A DNA stretch of 64,000 bases from assembly GCA_030635145.1 (NCBI GenBank), contig DAOVZK010000001.1:23381-87380 (forward strand), read 5' to 3'. Positions 45,889 to 57,600 of the stretch are shown in pieces. The notes below the pieces were generated by a model, which worked only from the letters and a program-made list of their open reading frames with translations, was not told the DNA's origin and made no database searches. The DNA is from Planctomycetota bacterium. GTDB lineage: Bacteria; Planctomycetota; Phycisphaerae; SM23-33. The position numbers were made by a program, and so were the translations under genes. Within the stretch, counting starts at the first letter, position 1. Each line of letters opens with the position of its first letter.

Positions 45889-47040
45889 CTACAGCGACGC
45901 CGCCGATGCGCAAGTTATCACGACGTTATCCCACACGATTTTCGGATTCACGTTCCGCCACAACAATCGCTCGAACTGCGAAAGCTGCTCGATGATTTCC
46001 CCGAGTTCCGTCGGCGAAAATTTCTCCCCCAGCCGCTGGATAACCTCAAGTTGATCGCCGTTAACGAGCGGTTTGTCCGTCCCTGCCCGCAGCATCATCG
46101 CGTCACTGTAACCCGAGGCGATAATCTCCAGAATCGTACCCGTCGTACGCCGCGTGGCGAGGTTCTTGCTCAGCGCCGCGCCGTCCTGTTTTTTGGCGTC
46201 TTTGACGGCATTCTCGGCGAGCTTGTCGCTGGTTTTGGCAAGCTCCTCACCAAGCTTCGCATCACCCCCGCGCCCCAGCAACGCGAGCTTCTGCAAAATG
46301 TCGCACTTTATATCGTACATCCCCATTTTCGACAATCGCAGCGAGCGGCCGACCGATCCGTCGGAAAATCCCGCCCAAAACTCGGCCTCGGTTTGGGCAA
46401 CCCCGCCTTCGGTGAGTTTTTGGATGACGAAATCTTTCGGCAGCGGATTAAAGCGGATCAAAGAGCAGCGGCTGCGCGTGGTGGGGAGCATTTGTTCGTC
46501 GCGTTGAGCGATCATGATGATAGTCACGCCTGGTGGTGGTTCTTCGAGAGTTTTTAAAAGGGCATTTTGGGCGGCGATGCTCAGAAGTTCTGACTCGAGC
46601 ACGACGAAAATTTTTCCACGGCCGTAGCTTGCGGCAAGCCCGACGGGGCCGAGCAGAAATTTGCGGACGACGTCAATCCCGAGGTCCTGCATCACGCGGT
46701 TGCGAACGTTGGCGTCGTCGTGAAACCGTGCGAGTTCCTTATACACCAGCTGAAAGTCGGGATGATTGCCGCTGTCCATCAGCGTACAACTGTTGCATTT
46801 TCCACACGCGCGTTTCCCCGATGCCGCGTCGCTGTCGTCAACAGCTGCGAGTAATCCGCCGTCACCCGTTTGCGGTTTTTCGCACAGCAACAGCTTCGCC
46901 AACGCGATGGCGGTCGTTCTCCGCCCAACACCCACCGGGCCGGTAAATAAAAACGCATGCGGTAAGCGATTGGCGGAAATGTTCTGCTGCAGCCGTCCGA
47001 TGGCGGACTCCTGCCCGACAATTTCGTGCAAGTCGATCAT
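45889..47040 (-). CDS. holB: DNA polymerase III subunit delta'
   Basis: HAFLFTGPVGVGR, Zn finger, HPD, AQNALLKTLEEPP, TTRSRC; downstream of tmk. Confidence 0.92.
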   Translation of the reverse strand: MIDLHEIVGQESAIGRLQQNISANRLPHAFLFTGPVGVGRRTTAIALAKLLLCEKPQTGDGGLLAAVDDSDAASGKRACGKCNSCTLMDSGNHPDFQLVYKELARFHDDANVRNRVMQDLGIDVVRKFLLGPVGLAASYGRGKIFVVLESELLSIAAQNALLKTLEEPPPGVTIIMIAQRDEQMLPTTRSRCSLIRFNPLPKDFVIQKLTEGGVAQTEAEFWAGFSDGSVGRSLRLSKMGMYDIKCDILQKLALLGRGGDAKLGEELAKTSDKLAENAVKDAKKQDGAALSKNLATRRTTGTILEIIASGYSDAMMLRAGTDKPLVNGDQLEVIQRLGEKFSPTELGEIIEQLSQFERLLWRNVNPKIVWDNVVITCASAASL

Positions 47041-47684
47041 TACGCACCGGCCCCCGCAAATTTTTGCGTCACCGCTGCCCAGATATCCGCGGCGACGGTG
47101 TCCGGTGAACCGGCCGCGTCTACATTAACGACTGCTGCGGGGTAGCACTCGTCCAGTTTGCGGAACTCTTCGCGAACTTTGGCGTGATAGTCGATGCTGC
47201 GCGATTCCAATCGGTCGCGTTGCGCACCGACGCGCCGCATACCTTCGGCAACGTCGAGGTCGAGCACGATTGTCAGATCCGGGAGGAGATTTTCGACGGC
47301 GATTTCGCCCAGCTGAAGGATCAACGTTTTGTCGACGCCCAACGCACCCTGATACGCCAGCGTCGCCGAGATATACCTGTCGCACAGAATGACTTTTCCG
47401 CTTTGCATCGCGGGGCAAACGATTTCGGCAATTAATTGTGCGCGCGAGGCCATGAACAGCATCGTTTCGCACATGGGAGAAAGATCGAGGTCTTTACTGT
47501 GCAGTAGAATGTTGCGGATCTCGGCGCCCGTGGGCGTACCGCCGGGGTCAACGGCTCGCTGCACGTCAAGCCCCGCCGCCCGCATCGCTTTTTCCAGCAT
47601 ATCCAGCTGCGTGGTCTTACCGGCACCGTCAGGCCCGTCGATAACAATAAACTTACCGGATAGATTTTGCGTCAATTCGCTCAT
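47040..47684 (-). CDS. tmk: Thymidylate kinase
   Basis: DGPDGAGKTTQ, PGGT, ASRAQL, CDRY, AYQG. Confidence 0.96.
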   Translation of the reverse strand: MSELTQNLSGKFIVIDGPDGAGKTTQLDMLEKAMRAAGLDVQRAVDPGGTPTGAEIRNILLHSKDLDLSPMCETMLFMASRAQLIAEIVCPAMQSGKVILCDRYISATLAYQGALGVDKTLILQLGEIAVENLLPDLTIVLDLDVAEGMRRVGAQRDRLESRSIDYHAKVREEFRKLDECYPAAVVNVDAAGSPDTVAADIWAAVTQKFAGAGA

Positions 47685-47905
47685 CACGACAGTATCGCCG
47701 CTGGACGCGAAATTATCAACTGTCTAGACAGGCTCAGGGCAAATTCCGGCAGGGGTTTCCGCCGGGGGATCATGGCGTTTAATCCGAAGCAAATCAGCAA
47801 CGTCCCGAGCAGCTCGAGGGCCTCCTCGGTAATAATCTCGATGTTCCACATCCATTGCAGGTCTTCGTGGTTCAGCCCCGGGGGTTTGCAATTGAATCCC
47901 ACCAC
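47684..47905 (-). pseudogene. Possible 3' remnant of a membrane-protein gene
   Basis: Short frame with a TM-like IITEEALELLGTLLICFGL segment and no RBS; stop overlaps the tmk start region. Confidence 0.3.
47691..47719 (-). promoter_or_regulatory. Putative promoter for a leaderless tmk-holB transcript
   Basis: Minus strand TTGATA-17 bp-GATACT-6 nt-ATG(47684); no SD sequence. Confidence 0.5.
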
Positions 47906-47969
47906 CCGCGATGGTAAAATTGCGGGGAGTTATCGGGTTGTTTGTACAAACGGGAAGGACAAGTGTTAT

Positions 47970-49244
47970 ATGAACTTTCTTTTTAATATTTTCGGCCGAA
48001 AAATACTTATCCTGGCGATGATGTGTGTGTTTGTCTTGCAAGGAACAGTCGCAGGCGAAACCAGCGGATGGGATGACAACACCGAATCAACCAAAAGCGG
48101 TGGGTCGCAAAACGATAAAACTGAAAAGCCTGAAAAGCCCGACATCGAGTCCCTGATTGACCAGCTAGCATCGGAAAATTCCGACGAGCGATGCGAAGCT
48201 GCCACGAAGCTTGGCCAGGCTGGGGACAAAAAAGCACTAAAACCGCTGCTTATCGCGTTGAAAGACTCCGACGAAACGGTCCGCCAAGCCGCTGCCGAAG
48301 CTTTGGGGACTATCGGCGACCCGAAGGCTGTAACTCCGTTGCAAAGAATCGTCAAACGCGATGAGGATGAATTGGTCCGGACAGCTGCAGCAAAATCTCT
48401 TGGAATGCTAAAACAGAAACGAGCCTCGATTACGCTACGAAAGATTCTCAAAACCGACAAAAGCGAACTTGTTCGCAGCGAAGCCGTAAAAGCATTGGGC
48501 CAGCTCGGAGACAAAGGGGCATCCAAAACGCTGGCAAAAATTATTCTGAACGATGAAGAGGATGAAAATCTGCGATTCGCCGCCGCCGAGGCACTTGGAA
48601 AAGTCGGCGACAAACGAACCATTAAAAAAACTGTTAATGAACTGCTAAGTCAACCCATGACGCCTCCAAAGGGTGAGTGTGGCCGGAACGTAATGCATCG
48701 CCGATCCGAGCTGCTCGCCAAAATAGGGCCCAAAACGATTCCGACACTTATCAAGGCCATGAAATGGACGAAAGGCGATATCAAAGGTATTGTGTTAATT
48801 GCCTTTGGAAAAATAAAAGACAAACGCGCGATAGTTACCCTGATTAAAACTACGAAAAGCAAAAATCGAAACGAACGCTCTCACGCAGTTGCCGGTTTGG
48901 GTGAAATAGGTAACAAAAGGGTATTGCCACACGTTATGCCACTTCTGAATGACAAGATTGGCCGTGTGAGAGCCAGTGCCCTGGGGGCGTTATCCAAGCT
49001 CAAAGGCTCAAAGGCCTTGCCTATTCTTATCAAAGCACTCTCTGCTGATGAGGAGGAGCATGTGCGGAGCAATGTTGCGCGGTTGCTTGGCGGGCTCGGG
49101 GATGAACGCGCCAAACCAGCTCTGACGAAAGCCCTTAAGGATAAAAATCCATGGGTGCGAGATAGGGCGAAACGTGCGTTGCAAAAAATCGAACATGCAC
49201 GCAAAAAACGCGACGCCGCCAAAAAATCAAAACCCAAAGATTAA
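47970..49244 (+). CDS. Secreted HEAT/PBS-lyase repeat protein
   Basis: Signal peptide; repeated VR..AA.ALG..GD..A...L...L.D units; GGAAGG RBS. Confidence 0.88.
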   Translation: MNFLFNIFGRKILILAMMCVFVLQGTVAGETSGWDDNTESTKSGGSQNDKTEKPEKPDIESLIDQLASENSDERCEAATKLGQAGDKKALKPLLIALKDSDETVRQAAAEALGTIGDPKAVTPLQRIVKRDEDELVRTAAAKSLGMLKQKRASITLRKILKTDKSELVRSEAVKALGQLGDKGASKTLAKIILNDEEDENLRFAAAEALGKVGDKRTIKKTVNELLSQPMTPPKGECGRNVMHRRSELLAKIGPKTIPTLIKAMKWTKGDIKGIVLIAFGKIKDKRAIVTLIKTTKSKNRNERSHAVAGLGEIGNKRVLPHVMPLLNDKIGRVRASALGALSKLKGSKALPILIKALSADEEEHVRSNVARLLGGLGDERAKPALTKALKDKNPWVRDRAKRALQKIEHARKKRDAAKKSKPKD

Positions 49245-49702
49245 CATTCATCGCATGGATGACAGATCTGGCTGTAACAGAATCCGGTCTCGCAACGAGC
49301 ATCCTGTTCCTGAATCCATTGCTCCAAACCAACGGCCTGTTGTCGCTTGCCATCGGCAACAAGATTTGGATATAAATCTACAAGCCACTGCATTTTCTCG
49401 CACGGAAACTCTTCACACGCAGAGCACAGCTCAATGTCCTTTTCACGCGCGCAAATGCGAACTTTGCAATCGGGATTACCGCACCCGCCTCGGCATCCGG
49501 AATTTTGCTCCCCAGCCTGGATTACCTTCGCAAGATATTCCCAGAAGTTCTTGAAACCCGGGAGACACTGCTCGCCGAAAAATTCCCAACCCCCTTCTTT
49601 CATCGTGTCCCGAAGGGTGCTTGCCTGCTGCGGTATTCGAGCAAGCTGGGCACACAACTTACAGTACAGCCCGCAATAAGTAACATATTTCATATCGCTC
49701 AT
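49241..49702 (-). CDS. DUF3795 cysteine-rich protein
   Basis: YCGLYCKLC, C.VR.C..EK....CS.CEEFPC. Confidence 0.85.
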   Translation of the reverse strand: MSDMKYVTYCGLYCKLCAQLARIPQQASTLRDTMKEGGWEFFGEQCLPGFKNFWEYLAKVIQAGEQNSGCRGGCGNPDCKVRICAREKDIELCSACEEFPCEKMQWLVDLYPNLVADGKRQQAVGLEQWIQEQDARCETGFCYSQICHPCDEC

Positions 49703-49807
49703 GGTTTATTCCTTCCCGGGTAAAATCTCAATACCCCAAGCAAGGATCGTAAATTGTGGCCGTTGAATAAACAAGGCCCGTTCACCAAAAAACAACCGAA
49801 AAAAGCC

Positions 49808-49837
49808 TTGCCTTAAACGCCTTTGTGAGTATACAAT
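49808..49837 (+). promoter_or_regulatory. Putative promoter of arsR-permease
   Basis: TTGCCT-18 bp-TACAAT. Confidence 0.45.
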
Positions 49838-49878
49838 CACATAGTAACAAATAAGGTGGTACTTTGGAGTGGTACAAC

Positions 49879-50211
49879 ATGAATGCAAAACAAAAGAGGC
49901 TTTACGATTTGAAGGCCGACATACTTCAGGGCATCGCCCAGCCGATACGCCTGCAGATCGTCGACACGCTCGCGGGTGGTGAGTTGTGCGTTTGCGATAT
50001 CGTCACTCGCGTCGCAGCTGAGCGGTCGAATGTGTCGCGGCACCTCGGAGTAATGCTGCGGGCGGGAATTCTGGAAGTTCGCCGCGAAGGGCTGAAGATG
50101 ATCTACCGGCTGGGGACACCATGCATTGTGGATTTTCTCGGATGTATTGAACGAATGGTCTGCGAGCGAATCAAAAGCGACGCGGCGATCTTAAAAGGAG
50201 CAAAAAAGTGA
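49879..50211 (+). CDS. ArsR/SmtB-family metalloregulator
   Basis: IAQPIRLQI, ELCVCDI, SNVSRHL; GGAG RBS. Confidence 0.92.
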   Translation: MNAKQKRLYDLKADILQGIAQPIRLQIVDTLAGGELCVCDIVTRVAAERSNVSRHLGVMLRAGILEVRREGLKMIYRLGTPCIVDFLGCIERMVCERIKSDAAILKGAKK

Positions 50212-51593
50212 ATCTTTTCAAATCGAACAATAGCGAGATTTCATTTTTTAAACGATTGACGCCGAAATTGTCGCAAAAATTTACGCTCGGAGCCTGGGCC
50301 GGTGGAGAATGGAAAAAGCTGCTGCTGATCGTGGCGGTCTTTCTCGGTTGCTTTTACGTGCCGATCGCGTCGGCGTCTTTCCGCAACGCATTGATCGAAT
50401 CCGTAGCGCTCGTGAAATGGTACGCCCAAGAGCATGTACTGCTGTGCCTGATTCCGGCGTTTTTCATTGCGGGGGGCGTGGCTGTTTTCGTGACGCACGG
50501 ATCGGTGATGAAATATCTCGGTGCGTCGGCAAACAAGTTCGTTGCCTACAGCGTGGCGAGTGTGTCGGGAGCGATATTGGCGGTTTGCTCGTGCACGGTC
50601 TTACCGCTTTTTGCGGGAATCTACAGGATGGGCGCGGGGTTAGGCCCGGCGACGGCGTTTTTGTATTCAGGCCCGGCGATCAATGTGTTGGCGATTGTGC
50701 TGACGGCAAAGGTGTTGGGCGTGGAAATAGGAATCGCCCGGGCTGTCGGCGCGATTGTCTTCAGCGTGATAATCGGGCTGCTGATGCATTTTATTTTCCG
50801 CAAAGCCGAATCCGCCAAGGCTGCCGCCCAAATGAACATTCCCACCGAGGCCGCCCCTCGGTCGCTATGGAAAACCGTGCTGTACTTCGCGAGCATGATC
50901 GGAATATTGGTGTTCGCCAACTGGAGCGGTAGTGGCGATCCGGGTAGCGGCTGGGCGGCGGTCTATTCGGTTAAGTGGTGGATTACGACCGGCTTCGCAG
51001 CTGTGCTGGGCGTGTTTCTGGTTTTGTGGTTTCGCATGGCATGGTGGAAAATTCTCGTTGCCGCAATCCCTGCCGCCGTTGCAGCTGTCGTTTTCCCCAG
51101 CTTGCCGGTTGTGATCTTCGCCATCGGTATCGTGGGATTTTCGCTGATGACCAGCACGGACAAGGGCGAGGCCGGGGAGTGGTTTTCGTCAACGTGGGTG
51201 TTCACAAAGCAGATACTCCCCCCGCTGCTGGTGGGCGTACTGGTTGCAGGGTTTTTGCTGGGGCGCCCGGGCGGGGAAGGAATTATCCCGCAAGATTGGA
51301 TCTATCGTGCTGTTGGTGGTAACTCGGTGCAGGCGAACTTTTTCGCCTCCATCGCCGGTGCGTTTATGTACTTCGCCACGCTCACCGAGGTTCCGATTCT
51401 CAAGGGCCTGATGGACAACGGAATGGGACGCGGCCCGGCGTTGGCGTTACTGCTGGCTGGCCCGGCACTGTCGCTACCGAACATGCTGGTTATTCGCACG
51501 GTGATCGGCACGAAAAAAACGCTGGTGTACATTTCGCTCGTCGTAGTCATGGCCACCATCAGCGGAATTATCTTCGGCGCGATTGGCCTTTAG
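50208..51593 (+). CDS. ArsP-like (DUF318) permease
   Basis: EHVLLCLIPAFFIAG, CSCTVLPLF, FLYSGPAIN, MYFATLTEVP, LLAGPALSLP; GTGA overlap with the regulator. Confidence 0.9.
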   Translation: MNLFKSNNSEISFFKRLTPKLSQKFTLGAWAGGEWKKLLLIVAVFLGCFYVPIASASFRNALIESVALVKWYAQEHVLLCLIPAFFIAGGVAVFVTHGSVMKYLGASANKFVAYSVASVSGAILAVCSCTVLPLFAGIYRMGAGLGPATAFLYSGPAINVLAIVLTAKVLGVEIGIARAVGAIVFSVIIGLLMHFIFRKAESAKAAAQMNIPTEAAPRSLWKTVLYFASMIGILVFANWSGSGDPGSGWAAVYSVKWWITTGFAAVLGVFLVLWFRMAWWKILVAAIPAAVAAVVFPSLPVVIFAIGIVGFSLMTSTDKGEAGEWFSSTWVFTKQILPPLLVGVLVAGFLLGRPGGEGIIPQDWIYRAVGGNSVQANFFASIAGAFMYFATLTEVPILKGLMDNGMGRGPALALLLAGPALSLPNMLVIRTVIGTKKTLVYISLVVVMATISGIIFGAIGL

Positions 51594-51622
51594 CGGCGGC
51601 GATAGTAATATCGCCAAAACCT

Positions 51623-54600
51623 TCAACTCACATTACGGAAGTTTCGCGGATCGTACCCTTTGCGACGCAAGCGTGGTTTGGGAGGCTCGGTTACAACCGG
51701 CGGGGCTTTTTCCAGCTCGACGGGCTGAGATATCTCACCGGCCGTCATCTTCGCTTTAGCGGTCTCATATCCCGCTTTGGTCACTGTTACGAGTACCTCG
51801 TCCTTTGGCGCACCGTCCCAGCGAAAAACGCCATCTGCACCAGTGCGAACTTTCGCAATACGTGGGCTAACCTTTTCATGCTGCAGCATTATCTCAACTG
51901 CAACATCGGGCAGCGGATTACCTTCATCATCGACAACCGTCCCTTGCAGAGTATGGGGTGGTTCAAGTTTTATCGCCAGCGGAGCATTTTCCTCGTCAAG
52001 CTGCATCTGCATTGTAACAGGAGCATAACCTTTCGCCCGCACAACCAACACCACTGACGCCTTCTTCGACCGCATCGAAAAATTCCCCTCGCCGTCAGTA
52101 ACAAATCTCCGCATAGTTACGCGCTTAGCTTTGCCGGGAAAATAAACATCGACAGTCGCATCACGAACCGGCCGACCAAGCCAGTTTTTAACCTGCCCGT
52201 TAAGAATAATCAGTTTCCGGCGAACCTTCAGCGGCGTTGCGTCCTGGCCCATATCATCTAATGATCGCCGTGCACGAAACAGAACGCCCGGGATCATATA
52301 GTCCGGGTGAAAAATCTGAAGCGACACCTTTTGATTCGTCTTCGGCAGCGGGGGGCTTTCCCATTTGCCTTGCTCGTTGGTCAGAACCTCTGCGGTCGTC
52401 CGCATCCATTGACTCATATCCCGCCTCTGCGGAATATTGATTTTCACCGTCGCACCGGCCAGCGGTTTGTCGTCGGCATCATGAACCACGCCGCGATAAA
52501 TCGCCTCCGGCTGCAACGCAACGCGCACATCTTGCTTATCGTCGGATGGCAGGTTGCGAACTTCGGTCGGCGTCATGCCGTCGGCCGTCACGCGAAGCAT
52601 ATGCTTGCCGGGTTTCGTGCGATAACCTCGCACGGTCGCTTTACCATCGGCGTTGGTTTTTACTGAGCGGGCCCAATTGCTGCGCCCGGCGTCGATAGTA
52701 ACTGTAGCACCGGGGATGGGGTCACCGGAGACATCTACGACCTGCACGATGCGCGGGGCATCGAGTTCGATTTTTCTCGACGTTGCGCCCGGGGCAGCCT
52801 CGAATCGAAGATCCAGCAATTCGAACTCAGCCTTGCCTTCCGGGGCGCTTTCCACACCCACAGCAAGGCCGATGAGATCGCCGATGGGCTTCATCGGCCG
52901 AAGATCACACGAAATCGTATGTACCTCACCATCAGGAATGATATCCTTCTGCGCGAACGGCATCACGCCCCCGTAGTCTGGGCCCGAGGTGTCGTCCAGA
53001 TATAATACGTATCCACTGCTCGTTGTATGCGTCCGTTTGGCGCGATAAGTCATGACGGCGATGGGATACTGCTGCGGATCGATTGGAATGTCGAAATACT
53101 TCACCCACACCTTGCGGGCAGCCGGGTTTACGACGAATCGGACGGAGTCTTTACCCTGCGCCATCGTAACAGCGTTCGTGTTGCGGGGGCCCGACCAGTG
53201 ACTCGACCACCACCTGATCGGCCAGCCGAACACCACCGCTTCGCTCGGGGAAACTTCGTCCGCGTTTCGGCCTTTATCAAGCGTCCGAGGTTTAATTCGC
53301 ATGGGCTCGTCCACCAGCGAATAGTTCGGCGCGGCAAATTGATACACCCGCGCGGAAGGTTTGGGAGCGGGCTTAGGAGTGGGGGGCGGCGACAAAGCAT
53401 AATTGTAGGACACAGTAAGGCTGCCACCCGGTTTGATAATCTTATCGACAAATATTTCTATACGCCCGTTTTTAATGCTGCGTGTCGCAGATTTCGGAAT
53501 GATTTTCAACAGTTTCGCCCCGGGCGGTAAGCGGTGAATTTCGATGCGGCGGGTTGGCTTACCGGTGGACGGGTAATGTTTCATTCTATAACGGAATTTT
53601 CCCGGGGCCGTCTGGCTGATCAGCTTGCTTATTGTTCCGCTGCTGGAATACAAAACAGGCTGGCCGGGTGCAACAGGTTTATTTAGCGTCACTTTGTATC
53701 TGAAACTTCGGCCGACATGCTTTGACGTAAACGCAAGCGGCTTGCCGGCGGCATCGGTCATTTTTTTTACATGTACGAAATCAGAATTCTGGAACCCAAT
53801 GGTTTTAAGCGTGCGGCCGTAGGTGTTGGTATACTGGATAATAGATTTGAAATTAATCGACCCGTCAGGCTGGATGTTATTTATCATGGTCTGCGTGTAA
53901 GGCACCGGCTTGGCGGGATCGGCCGCTTTTGCATCCGCCTTTTGCAGCAGTTTATAGCGAATCTTGACTCCTTGCGGATCTGAACTTGTCCCGAGAATCT
54001 GCAGGATTCCATAGCTGTCCTCGCGGGTTCTTATGAGGTACGTACCCGGCTGATTAGGTGCTTTGTGCGGAACCAATGGGGTAATTTTATTGGGCTCGGT
54101 CTGATTAAGGCCGAAGTTACTGGTTAGTTTGGCGGGGGTAGTCTCGCTCCACTTTTGATGCGGAACTGGCATCACCACGAGATCAAAACCAAGTCCAACA
54201 ATCACGCCCTTGTCTTTGACCACCGACAAATCAAGGCCGTTAGCTCGCACCCACCGGTGAGTTTCGCGATCGTTCTCGCCAAAGTCTTTTTTGAGTTTGA
54301 ACTTTCCAGTCTCAAGATCCAAGAGTACCGCATGCCGTTTCTTTGTATACGGTAACACACGCTCGACTACCGCACCGAAAGTAGCGTCTTTCGCCGTATT
54401 GATGGACTTGCCAGGCGCTTTTCGGTCCGGCCATTGCGGATACCCTTCAACCTTCTTCGCACTTACGTATTTACCGGCGGAAGTGAAGGTGAATATCTCG
54501 TTGCCGATCATTCGCTCCTTGTCCCAAATGCTGCACTTGTATTTGTAGCGAATCGAGTAATTCCCGTCAGCCAGCTTTTTGGGCGCGCCCCATTCGATGG

Positions 54601-57600
54601 TCTTGCGATTCTTGACGTCCCGATAATTCCGCGAAAAGAACTTCTCCACCCAACCGATGAGCTGCTTTTGTAGCTTTGCATCCTCGGCCGCAGGCTTGGG
54701 CTTGGGAACAGCGGGCGGTTTTGTTTCGGCCTTGCCCACCTTGATGATAACGCTTTTGATTTCTTCCCCTGATTTAACATCGAGGCCATCCTTCATGACA
54801 CTCTTGCCGTCGTAGATAATATCCAGCAGCTCGTGGTCTTTTTGTCGTGGAAAGAAGTTCAGTTTTGTTTTTCCGGGAGCAAGACCCTGCAGAAGAAACG
54901 TGTTTTTGGTGGGGAAAAGCATCCCAGCCTTACCGTAATCCCCTGTTCCCAAAACAAAACCAGTACCGTTACGGTCTCCGGCTACATCTTTCGGCTGGTG
55001 CTTGCTGTGAAATCCGGTCTGAACGAAACTGACACCCCACAAATCCTTATCTTGACTGTTTTTTAAATAAGCGCTTCCATAACTATTGGCTATCTCCCAA
55101 TCACTGCCATCTGCGTCGACAAATTTGCCTGAAATTGTAGCTCCGGGTTTTAGTTTCACGTCCAGCTGCATTTTCGGGGTTTTGCTATCGATATCGAAAG
55201 GTCTTCGAGTTCGGATAAACCCGCGATGCCCCGCATCGACCTGAACCACGAATTCGCCTTCACCCAGACCCTGGATTTTATAGTGCCCGGTTTTATCGGT
55301 GTAGGCGGTCGAAAAATCAAAAAGCAGATCGTGGGAGTGCACTACAACGAAGGCTTCGGGTATGGGCTGTCCGGTTTCATCCGTTACGATGCCCTCGATA
55401 ACAACTCCGCCTTCTTTTTTGAGCTTGATGTCGATATTCTCAACACTTCGTACTTTATCGTCAAAGGTAATCAGCTTTGCGTGTTTTCTGGAAAATGTTC
55501 CGGGGTAATAAATTGGCGGATATCCATCGCCCCGTTTTGCAACCGTTGAGTTAAGTGCCATCGCATAAACCGCCCGGCCGTCAAGCCCATCGATGAACCA
55601 CGAACCGTCGGTGGCATCTATGGTACTTTTTTTAATGGCCTGTACTTCGTAGCCATCACTATCTTTTTTTCTTACACATGCCCATACCGTAAAGTTGCTT
55701 ATGTCGGCCGGTATCTTGCCGTTTTCATCCAGAATTTTCCCGGAAATCCGAAAGGCCGGCTTCATCTTAATGAGAACATCTTTGCGTTGCTCACCTTCTT
55801 TAAGAGAAAATCGCGGAAACAGGCCATCCTTATCATCAGGATTATAGGCTGCGCCCTGATATCCGGGCGTACGAATCGTCCTCAACGAAAACGGCCCTGT
55901 GGGAATATTTTCTAATGCAAAACTTCCATCTTCGGCTGCATAAACAAATAGCGGCTCAAGTGTGACGGTGTAGAACAAATAAACTTTCGCCCCCGGTATC
56001 GGCTCGCCAGTCTCGGCCGAGACTACCTTACCGCGAATCGAACACTTACCCTTCGGCAGCGATGTGTTGTCGGCACCCTTGGTAACGCTAGCCGCTCCGC
56101 CGGTGGTTTTTTCGCCCGCATCCACAACGACTTTCACGTTCGTCTTATGGCCGAGCTGAAGCGAGACGTTTTTGAACTCGACCCATTCGTACGGCCGAGT
56201 CTGAAATTCAAAATGATCTATCTCGCTAAGAGGCAGGCTGAACTTGTGTGTGTGTATCAAAATATCAGATCCGCCACTACCCGTTGAACTAGACTGTACG
56301 ATATCACCAGATTTTATGACCGCGACAACCCTTGTTGCGGGTTTGGTTATCGTGCTGGCGAGATTTATAATTGTCGCACCATCCTGTTGCTGTGGTTGAG
56401 ATAAAATCGCAGATTGGTTGCCCAGTTTTTCCGAGTTTGACCCGGTAGTGCTACACTTGAATAAAGTCTCCCACTTACCAGTTGCTATACCATATCGAAC
56501 AGTGGTTGTTTTGGGGATCTTTTTCCATCCGGCCCCCAGGGCTCTAAGATTATAAATTGATCTACCGTCTTTATCCCTCGGGCCTCCAACATTAGTTGTC
56601 GAGGCCCCGGAGACTCGCCATCGATCACTAATGTTCTTGTGGCCGTCGACTTTCATCACTAATTCATACTGATATTTCTTCAACGGATTCTTCATTCCAA
56701 CACAAGGGGCTTTTTTCAGCACATTTCCGTTGGGATGCCACCACTGTTTGTTTTTCGAATGCAGTTTCGACACGCCCACCAGCTCGACAACCACCCCGCT
56801 GGGGAGTCTTACCTTGAAGCTGGGTTCGGACGCTTTTGATTTTTCCGGTTCTGCTTTCTCTTGCTTTGCAGTGGGAAGTTTGCTTGATATCTTCAGATTA
56901 TCAAAACGGATATCGTATTCGTATCCGAGTTTGGGAGTCTGGAATCCTACTTGCGCCTTGGAAATTCGGCCGACTGGCTTTTCAAGATTTAACGTATCTA
57001 CAAGAACGTCGTCAACGTAATAGTCTACCTGCGTCCTATTTTCACGCAGCCGCATTCGCATATTAACAAACTTGGTCTCTTCCGTACCTACGTCGGGGAA
57101 TCTACCCCGACCATTTTCTAACCACCATTTTACCTTTATCCACATAGTATGAACTTGATACCAGCCCTTGGATTTGCTGGATTCTAGCAACCCGAAAAAT
57201 GTTTTCTTCTGAGGTTTCCACTGATAAAGGATCATCGGCGGACCGGTCGGACCCTCGGGGTAGAACCCCAGATACACCAATCCATAATCCTGTCGTTTTG
57301 GAATTTTAAAATCGACCGAAAAGTCCATTTCTCCATCGCGGTCTTTTACAGTAACTTCCGCCTTTGCGCCACCCCATTTTGTATCTGTAGTTTTGCCCCA
57401 AATCCGTAATTCGCCGTCTTGAACACCAATTTTCATTCCCTTGTCCGGGCAAGACAGGGTTAATCCATCATCAACATCAAACGAATAGCAAACTTTCGCA
57501 TCTTTCTTGTCATCCTTCGCGGCGGGGGCTTCGGTTTTTTCGCTCTCTTCCATGGCGGCTAGGGCTGCGGCGGTGTGTTCGTCGATAACTTTTTTCTCCG

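Noticed and set aside
51598-51615. Intrinsic terminator between the permease and BlaR1
   Set aside because: The hairpin GGCGATA-GTAA-TATCGCC has no downstream U-tract on either strand.
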